From Fibrobacterales bacterium (lineage in GTDB: Bacteria; Fibrobacterota; Fibrobacteria; Fibrobacterales; JAOPTW01): 64,000 bases of DNA. The notes beneath the pieces are model-generated. The model had not been told where the DNA came from and did not search any database. It saw only the letters and a list, made by a program, of their open reading frames with translations. Location: the NCBI GenBank assembly GCA_051532055.1, contig JAOPTX010000032.1:32001-96000 (forward strand), written 5' to 3'. This document shows positions 27,801 through 37,026 of this stretch, piece after piece (the first letter of the stretch is position 1; every line of letters begins with the position of its first letter). A program made the translations under genes and the position numbers.

Positions 27801-29924
27801 ATTCCTAAAAAAGGACACAGCTTTAAGAAGTGGATTATTGCTACAGGGAATCCCATTATAGCCGATTCCACCGATCCAAATACAGATATATATTTACGCG
27901 ATCAGCATGTACTCCTCAGAGCAACCTTTAAACTTGATTCAATAAATACTGCCCACGAGTCCCCCATAGAGTATGATTATTACACCGACTCACAAAACAA
28001 TCTCTATAGTCAAGAAGGTGTTTGGTTTAAATACCATGTGACAATTCCAGGGTCACAACTCATTTCTATCATCAGTGAAAATAACACCGATAATCGCTTA
28101 GTGTTCTATGGCCTCGACTCCACCTTCTCAGAGGCAGATAGTATTGAAGTTGAAAATACTGGAAGCTTCTATCACGCCTTTACCGGAATCAAAGGTGAAA
28201 CCCACTACTTTAGACTGACAACAGATGTATCGAGTCGCTTTGATTCATTCAGCCTTAAAGCGCATAAATCTGCTACCATTACGACCGCAACCATTGGTGC
28301 AGGCTCTCTCCAATTTAAATCAACCAGTGATTCTGACGGCGCTTACAAACCCGAAAATGTATTTTTCATAACAACTCCCATTGGATTTGTTGCAGCCCCA
28401 GAGACAGGGTATCAATTTAGTCATTGGGAAGTTACTGGCCTCGGCTCAGTGGGTAATATTTATGCTTCCGAAACCACTATTATTCCAATTACCGATATGA
28501 CCGTTACCGCTCATTTTAGAGAAACAGACAAATACACAATCACCACTACACCGCTCCTCTACAACTACACTAATCATGCTGCTGGTGGAGACCCTCGCAA
28601 TGGAGTTTGGTTCACCTTTACCGCCCCCAACACTGCAGAATACACGATAACAATTGATGATCCATCAGATGATATGGAGTCAGATAAAATCTTTTATCAA
28701 TACTCCGATTCAACGTTTACTACGTATCTCAACAAAGAGACCGGCCCTAACCATGAGTATCACACTATTAATGCTATAGCTGGTGAAACCTATTACTTCA
28801 TGGCTACCGTTAAGAAAGCAGAAGAGTATGATAAAGATTTTATCATTTTTGTTAAAGGGCGCTACACTGCATTTACCATTTATTCTACAAGCTTTGAAGT
28901 AGAATACTCTCCTATAGGAGCAAGCAAGCCACTTAACGCCACCGCAACTGGTTCATGGGAACGCGGCCCCGCATCCCTGACCGCAGGACCAGACGACACT
29001 TATAATGGGGCTCAGCTCATTGGAACAAATATCAATGGCTTCTATGGGAACAATGCTCAAGACTCTCTGAGAATTGATTCTATCATATTACCAGATTTTG
29101 ATGATATCGAACTCTCTTTTGCAAGCTGGTGTGAAAATGAAAAAGATCGCGATATAGGGACATTATTGGTAAAGGGAAGCCATGAAAGTGAGTGGAAAAA
29201 GCTTCTCTCTGCAAATAGCCCTAACCCAAAATGGAATCGACTCTCTAAAGGCTTAGACGATTACGCAGGCGACACTATTTCCCTCCTTTTTATCTTTGAA
29301 TCTGACGATATTTTAACATTTGACGGCTGGTATATTGACGACATCACTATTACCCTGATGATGGATGAAACTATTGGCCCAGGAAACGTGAGCTCTATAG
29401 ACCCTGCAACAATACCCATTATCCCTGGCGGCCCTAATGACACAACACTTACCTCTGGTGAACCCGGAACCGAGAATCCAGGAGAGGGCGAAACCTCCAC
29501 TGGTCCTATAACCATTCCTCCTCGAGATTCAGGAGGATACCTCCCTGACTCAATTTATGGTGGGGAATGGATCACTAATCCTGGTACGGGCGATACTATT
29601 GCCTATATCGATACAACACGTGGCGATACATTGACTCTGCAAGGTGATTTAGTTTCGCCTAAAGACATTCAAGATTCAGTATTTGTTCTTGATAGCATTG
29701 CCCCTATCCTTCCTTCGTCCTCAAGTCGCTTTTCTTCACTCTCAATCATTCCCCAAGGCACAACTCAAATAGGTGTTCCGATACATGCACGACTCATTAC
29801 GATATATTCAATAGATGGGTCAAAGGTATTTCAATCTACACTCAACGGAACTCAAGAGAGTATTTTTGAAATCCCTCAAAGCATTTGGACCGGTTCAATA
29901 CTTTTCATGGAAATCGAAGAATAA
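24879..29924 (+). CDS. large secreted surface protein with six tandem two-domain repeats between jelly-roll-like domains
   Basis: Signal peptide; InlB-B-like A.P..G..F..W repeats; terminal W..G.P..GP...G[AW]YID[ND]I domains; C-terminal ITIYSIDGSKV resembling a secretion CTD. Confidence 0.8.
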   Translation: MQATVFVILSLCISGLFAQTTLYFEDFENISSASSDWSIYSGSDWEIGAPTYSSGPEALWGDNVAGLDLESYPSAYSYNYFTSSTITLPLSSDLQLEFHYWSDISNYNELQVEIYTGTTWYPIITNLLSNTSNQWRRASYDLASYAGQNIKLRFIAALSYSSSYYSGAYIDNIILTDFEGHTLYNGSTVSGTMQPSTTLINVTTTSINATSPQAHSFSHWTSKQNAIFGDATQAATTVTLTTNDTIAPVFVLAPMKALSETPDTLNLDTNALDSNWVKGVWTSFTAPKAGIYRFDYNYLTNTTLYSVAMHPNSPLSVPRFSYSSRTSGSNSFTADSAGHTFYFHTTAYSASYNLYSIELSVKHEVTLTTAATGSGTPTYAYIDLSAGDSATVTATPHLGWTFVHWSVDTAKKATIRTPDESSTIVIVDSSTTITATFTRRPVAGTLISSDETYNYSDDGTPQEGVFFQYSPPSTNTYVITRKVNSSIPDSLIVYSDSLYTTPISKTYCSCTNLFSSELALEKDSIYYIRIYPNTASLPDYDFTISADTSVTVAIAPTTHGEAYVFTSGGHTSTASISDDDAVSIDATPQLSYLFSAWTSSKPTATDFDDATLASTTFSTTEDVIITPQFSYAPPHLFNTLDSTFSLEDDSFLQLSQLGILIKHSTADSGFFILSVEDMTTAALFSFSQTTDSSFSTELLKTSGSLKNSLPLYSHGPQDSAFYKVYNSGSTTTDSITIITEKAVGIKTLVTGSPAHGTIEYPTTLLSLTGALSDTIITAPDTEIILTANPNPGYIFSQWSTLETSPSTFDSVGKTLTLAADSTLSITAHFQRTPPHLIDDTLRSYEYTSDASDQNWQDGSYFVYRAPAIGSYNIVFNNYGLSSYKILHSYTDSTFSTPLTASTTATDYPLTKTITATSVGQTFYYKVLTTSVNATRRFSAQAFKQLTVELIADSTGTTKALYGNYTQGDTVTLKAIPKKGHSFKKWIIATGNPIIADSTDPNTDIYLRDQHVLLRATFKLDSINTAHESPIEYDYYTDSQNNLYSQEGVWFKYHVTIPGSQLISIISENNTDNRLVFYGLDSTFSEADSIEVENTGSFYHAFTGIKGETHYFRLTTDVSSRFDSFSLKAHKSATITTATIGAGSLQFKSTSDSDGAYKPENVFFITTPIGFVAAPETGYQFSHWEVTGLGSVGNIYASETTIIPITDMTVTAHFRETDKYTITTTPLLYNYTNHAAGGDPRNGVWFTFTAPNTAEYTITIDDPSDDMESDKIFYQYSDSTFTTYLNKETGPNHEYHTINAIAGETYYFMATVKKAEEYDKDFIIFVKGRYTAFTIYSTSFEVEYSPIGASKPLNATATGSWERGPASLTAGPDDTYNGAQLIGTNINGFYGNNAQDSLRIDSIILPDFDDIELSFASWCENEKDRDIGTLLVKGSHESEWKKLLSANSPNPKWNRLSKGLDDYAGDTISLLFIFESDDILTFDGWYIDDITITLMMDETIGPGNVSSIDPATIPIIPGGPNDTTLTSGEPGTENPGEGETSTGPITIPPRDSGGYLPDSIYGGEWITNPGTGDTIAYIDTTRGDTLTLQGDLVSPKDIQDSVFVLDSIAPILPSSSSRFSSLSIIPQGTTQIGVPIHARLITIYSIDGSKVFQSTLNGTQESIFEIPQSIWTGSILFMEIEE

Positions 29925-29929
29925 TTAAG

Positions 29930-29976
29930 AAAAAAAATCAACCACTACATAGAGACCGATCTCTGTAGTGGTTGAT
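29930..29976. terminator. intrinsic terminator between convergent genes
   Basis: ATCAACCACTACA...TGTAGTGGTTGAT stem, U-tract on the minus strand. Confidence 0.7.
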
Positions 29977-30011
29977 CATCTCTTCACTATAATCGGAAGA
30001 GAATAATTTTT

Positions 30012-30314
30012 TTAGTAGAAGCGTGGCGTATCATCGCCTGTAAGAATATAATACCCAAGAGTCACCGCTTTTGAAATTCGTGATTCTTTGTGCCCTTTCA
30101 ATACTGGCATCTCTTCTTGACATACGGGGAGTACAATACAGTCAGAATCATCACAATCTACAAGACCATCCAAATCAGTATCAATTCCATCCATACACAT
30201 AGTCGCTGAACTCTCATGGCGAAAGTCAACATCTGATTTTAACCCGGTGCCCAAGCTCATTAATACCGTTATAAGCAGACCGGCAATACCAATTACAACC
30301 GTATAGCGTTTCAT
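30012..30314 (-). CDS. small membrane-anchored protein with one Cys/Asp-rich motif
   Basis: N-terminal TM; CMDGIDTDLDGLVDCDDSDC. Confidence 0.7.
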   Translation of the reverse strand: MKRYTVVIGIAGLLITVLMSLGTGLKSDVDFRHESSATMCMDGIDTDLDGLVDCDDSDCIVLPVCQEEMPVLKGHKESRISKAVTLGYYILTGDDTPRFY

Positions 30315-30343
30315 GTTTTTTCTTTACTCGTGTTGCGAGAATG

Positions 30344-30359
30344 TGGGTGATATCACCCA
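30344..30359. promoter_or_regulatory. perfect 16-bp palindrome, candidate operator
   Basis: TGGGTGATATCACCCA, 30 bp upstream of ATG 30314. Confidence 0.45.
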
Positions 30360-30806
30360 TGATAATGAGACAAAAATACATTCCTCTCAGGGGTCAAACC
30401 AGTCGTAATTCTATAAAGCGTATGACTTTACATAAAGTTAACAGTGTAAAAACTTTGTTTTCTCAGAGTTCAATTTTATCACTTTACATAGCTTTTCCTA
30501 TCAATAGTAGGACTCTCTCTAGCACCCCATTAAAACTTAAGCACTGACATTTCAAAAAAAAACATATAAGCCTTTCTACAGTGGATACTCTTCTTTTGTA
30601 GCGTTATTTAACGGGAACATTTTTCCGAAAACTGAAGGTTAAACAGTAATCACATTTTAATCAAATGATACTTACCACTTTTTTACATTGTAAATTTTTA
30701 TTACATTGCGGTCAGGACATAGATACAGAGTATTCCTGTAAGTTTATGGATCACTCTAATACTATCCTACTATCGACTTCGATATTCAACCATAAGGCAG
30801 GACTCC

Positions 30807-31187
30807 ATGAATAGGTATCTCGGCATCAGTATAGTTTTTATCATTCTTTTTTTAGTCGTAAAAGCTCAATTTATGGACGACCCTCCAGTTCCTCATTTTA
30901 ATAACAAGCCAAATAAAACACACCTCTATATTACGAGCGATTCCTTAGCTGCACACCTTGGCACAAGCCCAAATAGCGGAACTATCGATCACTATCTTAG
31001 CTACCGCGATAGAATAAAAATTCATGAGCGCAACAATGGATGGGTTCGTTTTACCAATTACTTTGATGGTAAAAAACTTGGACTGACGGGTGATGCAGCA
31101 TTTTGGGTCAATGAAGCATTTCTGAGTAGGGTACAACCTCCTGCCAAAGAGAATACAGCGCTTGATAGCGTTGATCTCGTAGAGTAA
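30807..31187 (+). CDS. membrane-anchored protein with an SH3b-like domain
   Basis: AGGA RBS, TM, YITSDSL...PNSGTIDHYLSYRDRIKIHERNNGWVRF...FWVNEAFLS. Confidence 0.65.
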   Translation: MNRYLGISIVFIILFLVVKAQFMDDPPVPHFNNKPNKTHLYITSDSLAAHLGTSPNSGTIDHYLSYRDRIKIHERNNGWVRFTNYFDGKKLGLTGDAAFWVNEAFLSRVQPPAKENTALDSVDLVE

Positions 31188-31309
31188 TTGCAAGAGCCCC
31201 TTTTTTCAAATACAGATTTGAATCAAATACTCATTATGAGTCTTCATTATTAAAAAGGACCCATACTCCCTTCTACTATTTTTTACGTTATCCATAAAAA
31301 AGGTACACT

Positions 31310-31684
31310 ATGGATATTCGGTATGGGATAATAGCAGCAATCTTCGGAGCGCTTGGTGTCATAATAGGGGCGTTTGGTGCCCATGGACTTAAAAGCATTT
31401 TAAACCACCATCAAACTCTCGATACTTTTCAAACAGGTGTTCACTATCAATTTTATCATACACTTGCTCTCTGCATAATAGCACTCTGTATTAAATTCTA
31501 TCCCAACCCGATGCTTCACTGGGCTGCCCTCTCAATGATTACTGGTATCATACTTTTTTCAGGATCTCTTTATATTTTAAGTCTTACCGGAGTAAAAACA
31601 TGGGGTGCGGTTACACCATTTGGTGGTGTCCTTTTAATATCTGGCTGGGTACTTCTTGGCATGTCCCTCTACCAACACAGGTAA
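31310..31684 (+). CDS. DUF423 (YgdD/TMEM256) membrane protein
   Basis: GAFGAHGLK, YQFYH, LFSGSLY, GAVTPFGG. Confidence 0.92.
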   Translation: MDIRYGIIAAIFGALGVIIGAFGAHGLKSILNHHQTLDTFQTGVHYQFYHTLALCIIALCIKFYPNPMLHWAALSMITGIILFSGSLYILSLTGVKTWGAVTPFGGVLLISGWVLLGMSLYQHR

Positions 31685-31703
31685 CCTCTATCCAATGTAA
31701 AAG

Positions 31704-31739
31704 AAAAGCCATGTAAGGGACTCCCTACATGGCTTTTTT
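31704..31739. terminator. bidirectional intrinsic terminator
   Basis: AAAAGCCATGTA...TACATGGCTTTT between convergent genes. Confidence 0.8.
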
Positions 31740-31762
31740 AATCAATCGAGTGTGCTATACTA

Positions 31763-32800
31763 TTATGGACTTGTGGTACTGGACGAACTCAATGGTTCTG
31801 CAGTATCATACCATTCATCAGCCTCAATGAGCGCAGCTTCGACACTTTCTATAACTGAGTCTGCACATGCTGGTTTTAAAGTATCACGACATTTATTCGT
31901 TCCATCTTCTTGATACCGAACTCTCCACGGCTTATTTGAATAATCAAGGGTTCCATCAGTAACAGTTCCGACACCAAGAGAGTCTCTTTCATCTGTTCTA
32001 TAAAAAAGAATATACTGGCCGACATCAGTTACTTGATAACTTACTTGATACAGTTTTTTATCTGCGTTTATGAGATACAATTTTTGTTTGTAAGGAGTAT
32101 AAGGCGATTTTTTCATGTGACCTTGTATTTGAATCTCATAAGGAAACTCTCTTGGCAAATAGTAGCTCACAAAACCTAATGGTGGGCGTGTAGAGCTTGT
32201 CATTAAATTAAAACGCTTCTCATGACTCGCCGGTTCAATTTTAGTAACCTCTCCCGCTTTATTTTTTAACTCAGTTGGTGTGGTCACATTTTTATCCATT
32301 TGTATGCTTTTAACACCTTCAATGATTATACCATCAATATTAAGTACATTACGCACCTTATCAATTACCAACACAGAATCACCTAGATTATTAATAATAG
32401 CCTCTAGCAAACTACTACTTGATTCAAGCTCTTCACTACTCGATTCATTATCAGACGAAGAGGAAACGGATGATGAGATCTCTTCTGTGCTACTTGATTC
32501 CTGAACAGAACTTATTTCTTCTCCACTGCTTGACTCTATTTCTGATGATTCACCATCTATAGTTTCTTCAGAAGACTCTGTATTGATAGGGTCACCACCA
32601 ACCTCAGAGCTTTCATCTATAGAAATGTCAGAACTTTCAACAGCATCACTGCTTTGACCATCAAAGGCCTCGATACTTGATTGTTCATTTTCTGAGCTAC
32701 TCCCATTCTCCGAAACCTCTGGTGATGTTTGTCCATCATTTGAGCAATTACAGAGTACTACTACCGCAGCAACAAGCCACGCGTGTTTAAATAATTTCAT
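31763..32800 (-). CDS. hypothetical lipoprotein with Ser/Glu-rich linker
   Basis: Start ATG 32800 (MKLFKHAWLVAAVVVLCNC) after a GGGGG RBS; SSSE-rich tract. Confidence 0.7.
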   Translation of the reverse strand: MKLFKHAWLVAAVVVLCNCSNDGQTSPEVSENGSSSENEQSSIEAFDGQSSDAVESSDISIDESSEVGGDPINTESSEETIDGESSEIESSSGEEISSVQESSSTEEISSSVSSSSDNESSSEELESSSSLLEAIINNLGDSVLVIDKVRNVLNIDGIIIEGVKSIQMDKNVTTPTELKNKAGEVTKIEPASHEKRFNLMTSSTRPPLGFVSYYLPREFPYEIQIQGHMKKSPYTPYKQKLYLINADKKLYQVSYQVTDVGQYILFYRTDERDSLGVGTVTDGTLDYSNKPWRVRYQEDGTNKCRDTLKPACADSVIESVEAALIEADEWYDTAEPLSSSSTTSP

Positions 32801-32896
32801 AATTCCCCCCAGAATTATTAGAGAAGCTCTGCACCAGTAATTACCTTCACTAAAGAGAGCCCTCTGAATGTATATGTGCGTTTTAAATCTATTAAC

Positions 32897-32929
32897 GAAT
32901 AAGGGGATTCGCATGGAATCCCCTTATTC
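32897..32929 (-). terminator. hairpin downstream of the hydrolase gene (terminator or stabiliser)
   Basis: GAATAAGGGGATTC-GCATG-GAATCCCCTTATTC, 14-bp stem, weak U-tract. Confidence 0.55.
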
Positions 32930-32999
32930 AAATAGTTGTTTCAGTGATATCTGTTCATTAACTGTTCTTTTACCCCTGTTATTGGGGCAAATACACGTA

Positions 33000-33971
33000 T
33001 TATTGCACTTTTTGAAGCATCTCCGAAAATACACGTTCTTGTAATACGCTGTCTGCTGCAGTTGCACGGTTATCGAGATGGGTAAATACATGAGTGTCAC
33101 TATCAAGCAACTCTACATGAGAACGATTGAGGTCAGAACCATTAGCTTGCTGTAACCCACGATATATATAGAGTGCACTTACTGGATCTGCTGAACCATC
33201 AATTTTAGCTTTATACACCTTAATTGAGCTCCCCTCTGGTAATGAAAAGCCCTCTTCAAGTTTATCTCTCACGATACCGATTAAATCAACGAGCTGATTG
33301 AGGGCTTCTTCTGGACGAGTAGAATACCAACCCGCCTTTTTATCGTCCTTCATTGTTGCAACATCATTGCCCAGTACAGGGCCAGCAATATCAATTAAAG
33401 TCAATATTTTATTACCCGGTACAATGATAGGATCAATCAGAAAAAACTGATTGACACTATTAGCGGCAAAGCGACCCCGCTCTATTTCATTTAATAGAAT
33501 GGTACCCCCTGTAGATGAGCCAGCAAAGCTAATATTAGTATACCCGAGCGCTTGAAGTTTTTTAAATTCATCAATCACAGGCTTACTCCAGTCCTCCCAA
33601 GTCCCCCGCTCAAAGCTCTCATAATCACGCCCATGAGCCCCCATAAGAACCAATGAGATAAAGGCGTGATGTTGACTACTCGCAGAATCAGCAAAAGTTC
33701 TAAACTGGTGCCATTCATAGGTCGAAGCAGAAAAACCATGCACTGCTATAATTACCGGAACATTGAGCTCCTCTGCAGTCGGGCTTGGCTTCCAAGTAGA
33801 GAGTAGATACTCGCTTGAGTCTTTTAAATAGAGACTCGGCAACAGTTCTGGATTATTGGCCAGAGATGGATCAACAATAACAGCACCATCAAGTAGTGTG
33901 TCATCTGTCTTAGGATCAACTAAACATCCCACAAAAAGGGTTACGCACCAAATCATTACTAAGAGTTTCAT
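33000..33971 (-). CDS. alpha/beta hydrolase (esterase-like) lipoprotein
   Basis: FVGC lipobox, VHGFSA, nucleophile elbow GSSTGG. Confidence 0.85.
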   Translation of the reverse strand: MKLLVMIWCVTLFVGCLVDPKTDDTLLDGAVIVDPSLANNPELLPSLYLKDSSEYLLSTWKPSPTAEELNVPVIIAVHGFSASTYEWHQFRTFADSASSQHHAFISLVLMGAHGRDYESFERGTWEDWSKPVIDEFKKLQALGYTNISFAGSSTGGTILLNEIERGRFAANSVNQFFLIDPIIVPGNKILTLIDIAGPVLGNDVATMKDDKKAGWYSTRPEEALNQLVDLIGIVRDKLEEGFSLPEGSSIKVYKAKIDGSADPVSALYIYRGLQQANGSDLNRSHVELLDSDTHVFTHLDNRATAADSVLQERVFSEMLQKVQ

Positions 33972-34544
33972 CTATAGCCCCCATGCATAGGTTAAGCCAA
34001 TAGAATACGTAAGGGGAAATACCAGATTCGACTCCTGAATTACATGATATCCTGCACTTCCATAGATAGAAAAACAGTCATAAAAGTTAGATTGGACACC
34101 AAAAGTAGGCAGTACAATAAATGAGCTTGTTGTGAGGACATTACCAAAAATTTCTTCTTCATCACTGGTCAACTCATTAAAAAAGTATCCCCCTTTGAGC
34201 CCTATAAAAGGCGAGATATACCGTCCCTCTCGAAAGAAGTAGGTCACCCCACCAAGAAACAGATTTCCAACGATAACATTTGGGGCAAGTAATCCTGAAC
34301 CCAAACGGCTACTACTATACTCGGCAGAGAATTCCAGACTCTTGCTCAATATCGTTTCTGATTGTAAGCCAACCTTTAAACCCATAGACCAATTTAAATT
34401 ATGATTATTTCTATAATGCGGCGTTACATTTACACGCACTTCCCTTGCGAGCACCATTTGAGCCATGAGCAAAAGAAGGCAGAAAATTATTTTCGGTGCT
34501 CCAAAGAGCGAACCAAAGGTATGTTGCGTCATTTTATTTACCAT
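33972..34544 (-). CDS. putative outer-membrane beta-barrel protein
   Basis: Signal-like segment, strands ISPFIGLKGGYF and YSIGLTYAW; start uncertain (34532-34580); stop abuts the hydrolase ATG. Confidence 0.55.
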   Translation of the reverse strand: MVNKMTQHTFGSLFGAPKIIFCLLLLMAQMVLAREVRVNVTPHYRNNHNLNWSMGLKVGLQSETILSKSLEFSAEYSSSRLGSGLLAPNVIVGNLFLGGVTYFFREGRYISPFIGLKGGYFFNELTSDEEEIFGNVLTTSSFIVLPTFGVQSNFYDCFSIYGSAGYHVIQESNLVFPLTYSIGLTYAWGL

Positions 34545-34723
34545 AAAAATGTTATCCCAAATATAAATATATACCCCCATTAGACGAATAACACCCTCTT
34601 CTTGGGGTACGAATCCTACAAAAAAAGAATTGCTCCTCCCTTTTTTCCATTTATGGTTGCATCCTCCACTTTTGAATGATACACTGGTTACACAATTATA
34701 TTTTATATCTAATAAGGAATACT

Positions 34724-34987
34724 ATGAGTTTAATCGAGTACAATGAGTTTTGGAAACAAGTACACAACCTTCTTGAAACAATTAAATGCGAAAACACACC
34801 ACTTGATTACCAGCTCTATGCAGTTGAAGAAGATGATGACCTTAATGTTGTCGTTCTGTCTCATTACCAAGAAAAGCTCGGCCTTCTTAAAGGTGACATG
34901 GTCGACACCCTCCCAATCAACATAGCATACCATCGGCTTATGACCTTATCCCACTCAATTAAGTCCTTTTTTAAGGTCGCATGCTAA
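34724..34987 (+). CDS. hypothetical protein
   Basis: AAGGA RBS before ATG 34724 (MSLIEYNEFW). Confidence 0.55.
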   Translation: MSLIEYNEFWKQVHNLLETIKCENTPLDYQLYAVEEDDDLNVVVLSHYQEKLGLLKGDMVDTLPINIAYHRLMTLSHSIKSFFKVAC

Positions 34988-35135
34988 GAACATATCTGTC
35001 AGATACATAAGATTTATCTAATATCCACACTATTTTCAAGCAAGCTTAGCTACAACACATAAACTAGTTTGAATACCTAAAATTTCGAATATATTTATAG
35101 GGCCCCTATAATTTCCTGCTTACGATAAGGACCCT

Positions 35136-35267
35136 ATGTATACTCTACTTTTTTTATCTATTGTTGCACTTTTCTGCATCTGTTGCTCTGATTATGATGG
35201 ATCAGCTCTTTCAAACTCAGTGCCTCATTCTTCTCAAGAACAGACTATCCAGCCTCCCCAACAATAA
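35136..35267 (+). CDS. putative 43-aa small lipoprotein or secreted peptide, not in the ORF track
   Basis: AAGGA RBS; MYTLLFLSIVALFCICCSDYDGSALSNSVPHSSQEQTIQPPQQ. Confidence 0.45.
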   Translation: MYTLLFLSIVALFCICCSDYDGSALSNSVPHSSQEQTIQPPQQ

Positions 35268-35283
35268 CGGCTTTTGGCAACTA

Positions 35284-35691
35284 TTACTCAATAGTTGCCA
35301 AAAGCGCTTCAACTTCTTTCACAATGGGTACATCTGCATCAGCCCACTCAATACTCCAAAGATCAGAAACTGATAACCACCGAAGCTCTTCATGCTCATA
35401 TAACAAAATGCGATCAAGGAAGCCATCAAACACCTTACAAACAAAAGGGTACAGAGTAATGTGGGGACCTCCAACATAATGCCATTCAACTGGTGTCAGA
35501 GGATATTCAACACTTATTTCTATACCAAGCTCCTCCATTATCTCTCGCTGCAATGATGCAGTATGGCTTTCATCCGCTTCAACTTTCCCCCCAGGGAACT
35601 CCCAATAACCCGCCATTTTCATAGCATTCCCACGTTTTACCGTCAAAATTTTTCGATTATCAAATAGTACTGCACAGGTTACTGGAACCAT
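35284..35691 (-). CDS. mutT: NUDIX hydrolase, MutT/NudG type
   Basis: WEFPGGKVEADESHTASLQREIMEELG Nudix box; WADAD. Confidence 0.85.
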   Translation of the reverse strand: MVPVTCAVLFDNRKILTVKRGNAMKMAGYWEFPGGKVEADESHTASLQREIMEELGIEISVEYPLTPVEWHYVGGPHITLYPFVCKVFDGFLDRILLYEHEELRWLSVSDLWSIEWADADVPIVKEVEALLATIE

Positions 35692-35766
35692 TCTATCCTC
35701 GCAATAGCTTCAAGACCCTTCAGGGTCATTGCACTCATTAAAAAATAGTACTATAATAAATGAACT

Positions 35767-36936
35767 ATGACTATTAAAGAAGTTACCCTTGATGAGTTAG
35801 AAAAAACTCTCACCTGTAGTATTGAAGAAGATGGATATGTTGCATCAGTAACAGTCGTTCAAGAACTGACTCTCAGAGAAGTCACTCAAGACTCACTCAA
35901 AAAGTACCTCAATGAACACGACATATGTGTAGGAATATTACCCTTTGGCTTAAAGCGTATTATCAATGGCATAAAAAAGTCCACCATCGGTGTCCCTACA
36001 ATTATCGCCCGAGGAACCCCAAAAGAAGAGAGTATCGAAGGAATATACACCTCACCATTTGTTGATAGTGAAAAAAACAACGCCCCCCTTGAAGGCATTC
36101 GCAAAGTACGAGCAGGTCAGGTCGTTCTCACTTATAGACCGGCCGTACGCGGTAAACCAGGCATACGCATCTCTGGTGAAATGGACCCCGTAACACCTTA
36201 TCCCCTTTTTGAAAAACCCATACCCGGCACACATATTCAAGTAATAGAAGAGAACGATACTACAACATTTATCTCTATGCAACATGGACATGTAGCGATA
36301 GATCGAAATAGCTGGTCTGTTGAGACAACCTATACACATATAGGCCCCTTTACTTCAGACTCAGCCCCCATTAACTTTCCTGGGGATGTCGTTATCCGTG
36401 GTGATGTAGAAGGCGGAACCGATCTCAATGTTAAAGGAAATCTGACCATCGTTGGCTCAATCAATCGCGGTGCAACAGTACACACCGATGGAGTGCTCAC
36501 CGTACAAAAAGAGATAGGGTGTGGCGAGAAAGGACACTGTAGTGCGGGCGTAACGATTATTGCAAAAAGCTGTACTGGTAGTACTATTAGTTCAAAAGGT
36601 GATATTGTCATTCAAAGTATGGTAATGAATAGTACCATTCATTCTGGAGGTATCTTTGCAACTCCCAAAGGAGTCATTATGGATAGCACAATTCACACAC
36701 TTAAAGGCTGTACCATTCATAGTGTTGGCGTTCCCGAAAAAGAGACCCAAAACTGCATTACGGCTGGAGTATACACTGACCCTCTCGACCAAAATGAAAT
36801 ACAGGCCCCCGAGGCACTTATAACCATAACCAACGATATCTACGGTCAAACAACCCTCGTCAACGGAGCAAAACAAATTGTTATGAGTGAGCTTACTCAC
36901 GGACCGACACGCATCAAGTTTTTTGAAATTGATTAA
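35767..36936 (+). CDS. FapA/DUF342 family protein
   Basis: IARGTP, GKPGIRISGE, INFPGDVVIRGDVEGG beta-helical repeats. Confidence 0.8.
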   Translation: MTIKEVTLDELEKTLTCSIEEDGYVASVTVVQELTLREVTQDSLKKYLNEHDICVGILPFGLKRIINGIKKSTIGVPTIIARGTPKEESIEGIYTSPFVDSEKNNAPLEGIRKVRAGQVVLTYRPAVRGKPGIRISGEMDPVTPYPLFEKPIPGTHIQVIEENDTTTFISMQHGHVAIDRNSWSVETTYTHIGPFTSDSAPINFPGDVVIRGDVEGGTDLNVKGNLTIVGSINRGATVHTDGVLTVQKEIGCGEKGHCSAGVTIIAKSCTGSTISSKGDIVIQSMVMNSTIHSGGIFATPKGVIMDSTIHTLKGCTIHSVGVPEKETQNCITAGVYTDPLDQNEIQAPEALITITNDIYGQTTLVNGAKQIVMSELTHGPTRIKFFEID

Positions 36937-37026
36937 TAATCATCTCTCACCGACTCATGAATAAGCAACCACTCCCAAATGGTTCTTTACTATCTTTTCC
37001 CCGATATATTTCGTTTCTTGGATAGC

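Noticed and set aside
31216..31241. Two adjacent 13-bp palindromes upstream of the DUF423 gene, and TTTACATTGTAAA at 30682
   Set aside because: Short and AT-rich, so plausible by chance
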